Source of the DNA: Hamiltosporidium tvaerminnensis FI-OER-3-3
Lineage: Eukaryota; Fungi; Microsporidia
Reading direction: 5' to 3'
DNA length: 64,000 bases
NCBI GenBank assembly: GCA_022605425.2
Contig: CM061252.1
Location: forward strand, 868,001-932,000
Below are positions 56,431 to 64,000 of the stretch, piece by piece. The position numbers and the translations under genes are program-made. Under the pieces are notes generated by a model. It saw only the letters and a list, made by a program, of their open reading frames with translations, had not been told where the DNA came from and made no database searches. The stretch's first letter is position 1. Every line of letters starts with the position of its first letter.

Positions 56431-56439
56431 GTTTCGGGA

Positions 56440-56775
56440 CATATATCTATGTGGTAATCTCTTTTAAGATAAATTTTAGACAGTGTTATCACTTCTCTCA
56501 ACTCTTTTTTCCACTGATTCTTTTTCAAAACATTTGTATCTTTCAAGGCAGTCAGCTTATCAAGGTCTTTTACGTGTTGTTTTCATCTAAAACTATCAAA
56601 AAAACCACTCTAAAATTAAAGCAAACATAAAGACATCTGAATACAATTATTGCTTTGATTTCTATTTTTTAACTATCTCACAAAAATTGTTCATGTCATT
56701 TTTTTACAAAGAAAACAAAGTAATTTATCTTTAGTTTTTTCTTAGCTTTAGGTAGGTTCTTATGTGGGACAGTAA
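56440..56775 (-). mobile_element. Possible 5' fragment of a Tc1/mariner (Tc3-like) transposon
   Basis: Minus-strand DKLTALKDTN/..EKRVERSDNTV*NFILK resembles the Tc1/Tc3 N-terminal HTH. TA-CTGTCCCACATAAG at ~56758-56772 could be one terminus. No partner terminus found. Confidence 0.3.
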
Positions 56776-58199
56776 TTATAAGATATATTAAGAAGAATAA
56801 AACAAAAAAAATAATATATTTAAAAATACAAAGATGGAAAAAAGTAACATATAAGAAATTAAATTTTATTTTATTTATGAATTGAAAATATTAATTTAAA
56901 TTCAACTCCACCAAAAAATATTTCGTACTTAGTTACAGTTGAAATATTATTAAAACGAAATTATAATTCAATAAAGTTTTAATTTTATTTTAATCATCTA
57001 TATATTGAATGTAATATCGTTTAGTTTCCAAACTATATTACTCCATAACCAAAGTTTGGAAACTATACAGATTTTCATTTCAGAATAGAAATGATGAAAC
57101 CTTTTATATTTTGTATAGAACTGACACAGTGTTGTAGTCCTGGGAAATACTACTTTGTTTCCCTTTTTAGAGAAAAAATCGGAATTTATTTTTATTTCTT
57201 TACATTCTTTTTTTGTGTTCTGTAAAATCTAAAAACACATATGGGTTTTTGGTATAGGAAAAACACATTTCCGATATTTAAAATTAAAAAATACTAAAAC
57301 AAGTCATTTTTCTATTAATTAGTTAAAACATTCCGTATTTTGAGAATAAAAATATTTTACTTGCGATAATTTTAAAAAAGAAGTGTAGTTTCTTAATTTT
57401 GTATTTTAAAATGATCTACAAGGTGAAGTAGTTACTCTTCTAGTTTCTAATCTATATAAACATCCTTATGAAAACTAGATCCACAGTAAAATGACCTTAC
57501 AAAGTTAGAGAGAATCTTTTAAATTGAAGAAAGCTAAAAAAGAAACTTCGAAACTAAGTTTGACTAATAGGCTTTCCGCTTTTATTTCGACCTAACCTAG
57601 ATATACGAAATTAGGTTAACTGTCTTTGTCTCTAGGCTACATACTTCTTTGTGACTCTCAAGGAAACTACTTCGCACTTTTCCTTAGTTACTTCGGACAT
57701 TTTTATATTAAAATTGGGAAAAAATACTTCAATTTTCCCGATCTTCCTCATACGTTTTTTTCACAGATTAGGCTAGCATTAAAATATTTTTTCTGAATTG
57801 TATAAAGTAAATAATTCAATATTCCTTAACTTTCATAAATATATATTAAGAGTAAGTGTAAACCGATTCTTATCTCCTTTACATAAATAATATTTTATAA
57901 CCTTTTTGGGTTTCCTACACTAAATTATGCAATAAACCAGTTCATTTTATTTCGTCGAACCCATTTACTATTTATCTATGAGCTTAAATAAATCTCCCTG
58001 ATTTTCCATACTTCATTTGGATTTAATTTCAAGTTAGAAAAATTCATTTTACATTCCTTAACATATTTTTCAATGCTTATAAATTACTTTAAGTTTAGGA
58101 AAACACATTTTTTTAAAAAGAACACAACTCTAGTATAGATGCTATACCTCACGCATTAACCATAAAATAAAAGTAGTTGTTTTGTTTTTTAAATTGAAA

Positions 58200-60370
58200 T
58201 AGGTCAAGATAATTTAAATGACTAACGTATTGTGATAAAAAGTGAATAAAAGTTATTAAGATTTAAAAAGATTAACTGTAACTACAGGAAATTATATTAT
58301 CTTTTTTTTATGATAAACATTCCCACCGAATCTTTTCCAATAGCCAATTCTGTCCAATATTTGGCCTTTTTGAGATTCTATTATGACAATTTAAATTAAT
58401 GATCTTGATAGGGTTATTACCTACCAATATATTCTTAATAAATGAATTCATTTATTTAGGTAATTCTGACTTTAGTCAAGATCGGTTGAGTTCTTTCACA
58501 CGCTCTTTGAATCATAGTAGGAAACTATGAAAATAATTAGAAATATGTTTCTTTTAGAATATAAATCAACTCAAACGATGTAAGATAGAAAATTCATGTC
58601 TAAATATTCTAGTAATATATAAGTTAATCGTGTATTAATTCTATGGCTTCAACATCAAGATTTATATCTCAAGATAAAATATATCTCGGAACTTTCATAG
58701 GAAGATTGTCTTAAGTCACCTATAGAAGATGCTAAGGATTAAAAACGCGATCTATATTAGTTTTTGTAATTTTTAATAATCAAATGTCTTTCATTTTATA
58801 TTTTAATTAGACAAGTCATAAATTTGATATGATAATCTACAAATCAACAAAGATTATCTTAGGAATTTTACATTCATTATAATATATGAATAATTTCATA
58901 TAACTAATATTCTTTTTTGGTCTTCATACATTAATATCGCAACTATAAATATATTTACATTTCAAATGTTACAAATATTTTGTAATTCATCTTTGTATAA
59001 TTAGTTCTTCATTTTTAGGAGATTTCTTCGAAGGTTTATATCTATTAAGAAAAATATAAAAGAAATATTCTAGAAAAATGAGTCAATTAATTTAAATTAT
59101 ACTTTATTACATTTATCATTTATGTTTTTGATTTATTTTATCTTTATACCATAACAAAAATTTTACCTAATTTAGGTTTTCATTAAATTATTTTTTGTGG
59201 TAAACGTATTGCTTTGTAAACAAGTTAAATATCTAAGAAAACTAAAAAAATACATATAACCATACTATTTAAAAATTAGTAAGCCATTATCTATAAACTA
59301 GGTAGACGAATAAATAAAATTAAAATTGTATAATAAGTAATGTATAAACTGTTATTTAAATTAGTTTTAATATAGAAGTAGTATAATAAAAATATAGTTA
59401 TCATTTCAAAACATTTTAATGTATTATATTTTTTATCTAAATTTCATTCTTTAGATCTTTTCAATGCAATAATGTATAGTCTAATAAAAATAATTTACAA
59501 AATCAAAATATTTAATACATTTATATTAATAACAACTAATCTGGTTCACACTGGCTATATATTATGAAACAAAATATTTATTTATATAGATGTATTGAGA
59601 CAAATCAAATTTTTAAATTATTAATAGAATGTTTCGCATATGAATCAAAAATTAATGTCTGTATTATCTAAATAATATCATATCCATTTCAAAAAAAGCA
59701 ATAATATATTTTTTCATATATATTCTCATTAAAGTATTATATATAAGATATAGATATACCTTAACACATTATCTTTCTTTATATTAGATTTAGTTAATTT
59801 ATAAGTAACATAAACGATACTATATAATTAAACGCTATTAAAGATTACATCAATCAAGAAAAAGTAAATAGTATAAGGTTATATAGAAATCTATAGTTAC
59901 GCATAAATCCCATATAGAATTAATGTTTCAGAAAATATATTGAAGGCTTCTAAAAACAATTTCACAAAATTTAATACAGTCATATTTAGATCGAACACAA
60001 CGTATTATGATCAAGATAAAAAAAATATTCGTTTTAGATAATGAGTTATGTTTTTAATTGTCCGAATGTTCGTAATAAGCATAAAAAAACAAAAAATACC
60101 TTACACACAAAAACTTCCAATTATGGTTAATTTTATAAGTCTATTAGGCTTAACTCCTTAAAATCATATAAGAAGAGGTAAAATTTAATTATATATCAAA
60201 ATATAACATAATGATATAAAATAAGAAATTTTATGAAACCTGAATATAAAATAAATATAAATTTCTCAAAAAAAGATAAAATTATACATTAGTTCTCAAA
60301 AAGTAACTATAATCTCTAAATCAAAGATTAAATTAACCAGATTTGCTTTAGTTGAGGAAAAACTGTTTGC
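58200..60370 (-). pseudogene. Family B copy 5
   Basis: Shared block at 60109. CTTAAGTCAC...AGAAGATGC at ~58710 matches 12381. Confidence 0.6.
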
Positions 60371-60599
60371 AAGAGTGTCGAGTTACATAGCAAATGAAAA
60401 AAAATGGTTGGTCGTAAAAATGATACCATACTAAAGTGATTGTTAAAATAATAACGTAGTAGAATAATAATTTAAGCAAATTCACACAAACAAAACAGGA
60501 AATAAAAAAATGGAAAAAAGCATATTAAAGAAGAAATATATTAGGAACCTAATAACAAACATTTAGACCACTAGAAAAATTAAAAATACTTCACGCTTT

Positions 60600-63100
60600 A
60601 GCTTTATTTAAAACTCAAATTTCGTATTATTAAACAAATTAGACACGTTCCATGTTAGTAGAGCAAGATAACAACATAAAAAATAGTAATTTTCAGTCTT
60701 TCTTTCTGAGAAAACGAATCACGGCGTCAAAATCATCCTATTTTGTCTTCTTACATATTCCATGAATGCCTTAAAGCCACAATTAGTAATTCTCTTTACA
60801 TCATAATAACGCACGATGTTGATATATTTGAATATTCTTTTGTTATCTAGAAATCAAGCTTATTAAAAATCCTTCAACATTTTCTTAGGAATCACTTTAG
60901 TATTATTAAAATAATATTGATATGTAGTTTTAATAGAACAATAATTTTGGTATTATTTTCCATTAATTCCTTAAGAATATTAATTTTTTTTCATTAATAA
61001 ATTTAAAGCCAAGGGAAAGATTGTGACGCACTGATCTTTCTAAGTTGTTTCTATAGTAGTAGAGCATATGGAAAAATACTGGGTGTATTATAAAATATCC
61101 TCAAACAGTACTTCAAGACACATCTCAATTCTCTCCGTTGCTAGGAAAAACGTGTTATGAGCCGATAAAATTAAGAATTGATAATCTAATATAAGTCTAA
61201 CATACCCAACATAGCCTCTCAACCCGAGTTTAGAAGATTTTGCAGTCATTTTCGCCTTTTTTCTCAGAAGATATTTATTAATACAATTGCAGCTTTTAAA
61301 GCCTTTTTTCTTGGTTGTCTGACAGTAAAATTCGTATCAACGCCTTTTAAACAAAAGGGATATCTAAGATACTTGAAAAGGCATTGGTTTTCAACACTAA
61401 TATTATTAATAAATATTTTAATCATATTTCAGCAATTATAAGAGTAGTTCTTTTCTTTCAAAATATATGCATTATTAGATGAAGGGCTTTAAATGCATCT
61501 GATATTCTTCTTAATCCGTTCCAAACTACTACAATAAAGCAAAACATCTTCTAATTACCTAAATATATTATTCCTCAGATGAGAAGAGACATAGAAAATC
61601 AAATAATCAAAGACAATATTGAACTAACTTAAGAATATCCCAGGTCTTTGCGGTAACTCTTTGCAAAAAGTAGTAAATTTTGTTTTCAGATTATACTCTA
61701 TCAATAAATATAAATTATTCTAAAGTAATTCCGCAATCAATAGAGTATTATTCGCGGTAAACTCTTGATACAACATGAGCTTCTTATATAAGCGTTGCTA
61801 TAGCCCGATTCATAAGCTGATTTCTTATCGATCGTTACGAAAAATATCACTACTACTTTCTAAAATATGTTCTATCTGAAGGCTATTAGTAAAAGCTGAG
61901 TTATTCCGTGTGTAACTAGTTTTTTTCTTTTATAAAACGAACTCGAATTTTGTAAATATGCTCTTTTCAAACAATTTACAAGTTTTTTCATTAGTGCGAG
62001 ATTCCTGTATAATTTATTTCTCCTTTTTATTGCTGTAATTGTATTTAGTTTTCACGCCTTTGGTACTTCTCGCAAAAAAATAAAAGAATTAAAATAATTA
62101 TTTAAATGAAAGAAATATATCTATGAACATGTTTATAAATGTGCATTTATTCTCTCTAAAATCACCCCAGACTTAATAGGCCGTAGTAGCTTTATTTCCT
62201 TTTTCAAATTCAACATAAGATTATACTAACTAAACTATCCCCTTTATCTCTTTGATAATAATTAAGACTGTCATTAATTTTTTAACTGTATCTTTATATA
62301 GTGTCAACAGAATACTGAAGTATTGTTACTCACTACTGAACCATAATCTTCGTATTTATTTACCAAAGCACGCGTTCTTTTTTTACTACATTGAAAAACC
62401 TTACTAAACCAAATCGTTAACCGGATTTGAATTCTAATATTAGAATTGGCTTTATCTAAATAACTAATCTTCCTTTCATTTTTTCGATCAACTCTTAAAT
62501 TTCTTTAAAATTAAAGTCAGTTATCGTTCTCACAGCTCGTTCAGTTTCTTTTTAAATTAGCTATGATAAGGTTGTGCAGTTTATGAGAAACTTGTCTTTT
62601 TATTTGCAAACTCTTCGAAGCTTCAATTTAATATTTGCAATAATTTAAGTTTTTCTTCATTCGGTAATTTATTCAACAGAAATTCATTTCTAGAAGTTAA
62701 AACTTAAATTTTATTGCTTAAAAGTTTTTTTAGCGTCTCATCTTTTAATTAATTGATATTAAACATAGAATTTAATGTAAAATTAGCTCTATTCAAAAAC
62801 ACATTTATCAGTTTGTGATAAAAATTTTAATTTTATGAAGTTCCGGTCGTACCTTAAATTTTGAAAAGTACATATGCTAGGGTAGAACATTATTCTAGTG
62901 CTTAAAAAGTAAAAGAATATATTTTCATTTCATACGATCCGAACTCTACGTGCTTGTCGAGAACAAATTATTCGTATGCTACTGCATTATCCAGATTGTA
63001 GCCCCTTAGCTTAATATCTTCATATCAGCAAATTTTCTTATCTTAGCCTTTAGTAAATGTAATGCATTATTTAAACGTGACTTGTAAAGGAAAATTAGAA
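60600..63100 (-). mobile_element. Old, heavily decayed non-LTR retrotransposon of the same RT/REL class
   Basis: Minus-strand remnants in the expected order: RPELHK (~62845), THGITQLL (~61900; cf. CGLTYLI), AKTWDI (~61645; cf. KATWID), FKYLR (~61370; cf. YKYLG), RVERLC (~61220), MLYYYRNNLERS (~61050; cf. RLYLPRTELGRG). Confidence 0.65.
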
Positions 63101-64000
63101 TATATTTTTGTACCTTGATACAAACACCGAATTTAGTCAAATCTTTAATTATACTATATTAAATTGATTTTTCCGATAACACCAACATTTCCTCGGAATT
63201 AGAAACCGTGTTTTATTATTTTTTTTTAGATGTCTTACAGATAATTACCATATAATCTGGATTTTAATTTTCTAACGTATATCGCCACTTTTCAGCCAAT
63301 GCATCTGTGCCAAAATTTTTTACATCTAATAATTAAATTTTTTTTTTAATTTGTATATTAGAAATACGACCAATATTTTGAAAAGCAATTTTATTAATAT
63401 TTTTTGACCCGAGATAATATTTCTGCTTCTTATATTAGCGTTTTCCAAAAACTCACAAGTTCTACCTTTGAAATTATATAATCTTACTTCAATTTTTTTA
63501 ACTTTAAATTTCTAATTTGTTCAAAAATGTTTTCCATTATTCCTTTAAGTGTAGTCAAATAAGGTTTCTTCTATTATCTGATCCAGGACTCTCTCTTAAT
63601 AGGTGCGCGGTTAGTAATAAAAAATATCAATACATCATTTTTAAATTTATTATTTATATTAGGCTCGAATGTTTTTATCTCAGAAAATCTTAATTTATCA
63701 CATATTTTAATTTATTAATCAATGGATCTCAAAGATAGGCTATATATCAATTTTCTATTCCTTCTAATGCTCGTAAAGCATAAAAAAATATATTTATTGA
63801 TTGGAAACAAAGATTCCTAGATTAAACTTGTGCTATCGCACCCTCGTGTAACTATTTTCGGATATATCCGTACCAAATTCTTCTCATAGATTTTGAGGAC
63901 TTTTATTATTTATACAGCTTTTCCCACTGTCTTTTTAGTGATTTCTGGGTCTGTTACTTTTACTGGCTCTTCTTTTCTCTTAAGTAACACCTTGCAAATA

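Noticed and set aside
871-56431. Short 60-72 aa ORFs (871, 12444, 19357, 29428, 32309, 33028, 33611, 53477, 56240) as real genes
   Set aside because: Mostly non-ATG starts and low-complexity I/K/F/N/Y content. They are residual open stretches inside relics and do not appear to be kept open in paralogous copies.
1-64000. Genome-wide alternative genetic code (TAA/TAG = Gln) as the reason for the lack of ORFs
   Set aside because: TAA, TAG and TGA all interrupt the relics and frameshifts are also needed. The young retroelement reads in the standard code and ends in TAA. Kept only as a local hypothesis for family B.

Overview
Very AT-rich (roughly 20-25% GC by eye), gene-poor eukaryotic DNA, most consistent with a large-genome microsporidian of the Hamiltosporidium type. 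This assignment is an inference from the RT family, the AAGGGTGTTA minisatellite and CCC motifs before ATGs. No intact host gene, tRNA, rRNA or CRISPR array is visible. The one near-intact coding unit is a ~3.8 kb single-ORF non-LTR retrotransposon (RT, CCHC finger, PD-(D/E)xK restriction-like endonuclease) at 42116-45924. It is bounded by a 9-bp direct repeat (AAGATGCAT) and broken only by small indels. The rest is decayed sequence: five copies of a minus-strand gene-like family (B), three copies of a plus-strand family (A), a ~4.5 kb segmental duplication, and several old non-LTR, Ty3/Gypsy and possibly Tc1/mariner relics. Two long arrays of a ~190-bp degenerate repeat with a palindromic core bracket a relic gene and an AAGGGTGTTA minisatellite with an 88-bp higher-order unit. 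All translations and alignments were done by eye, so relic boundaries are approximate.
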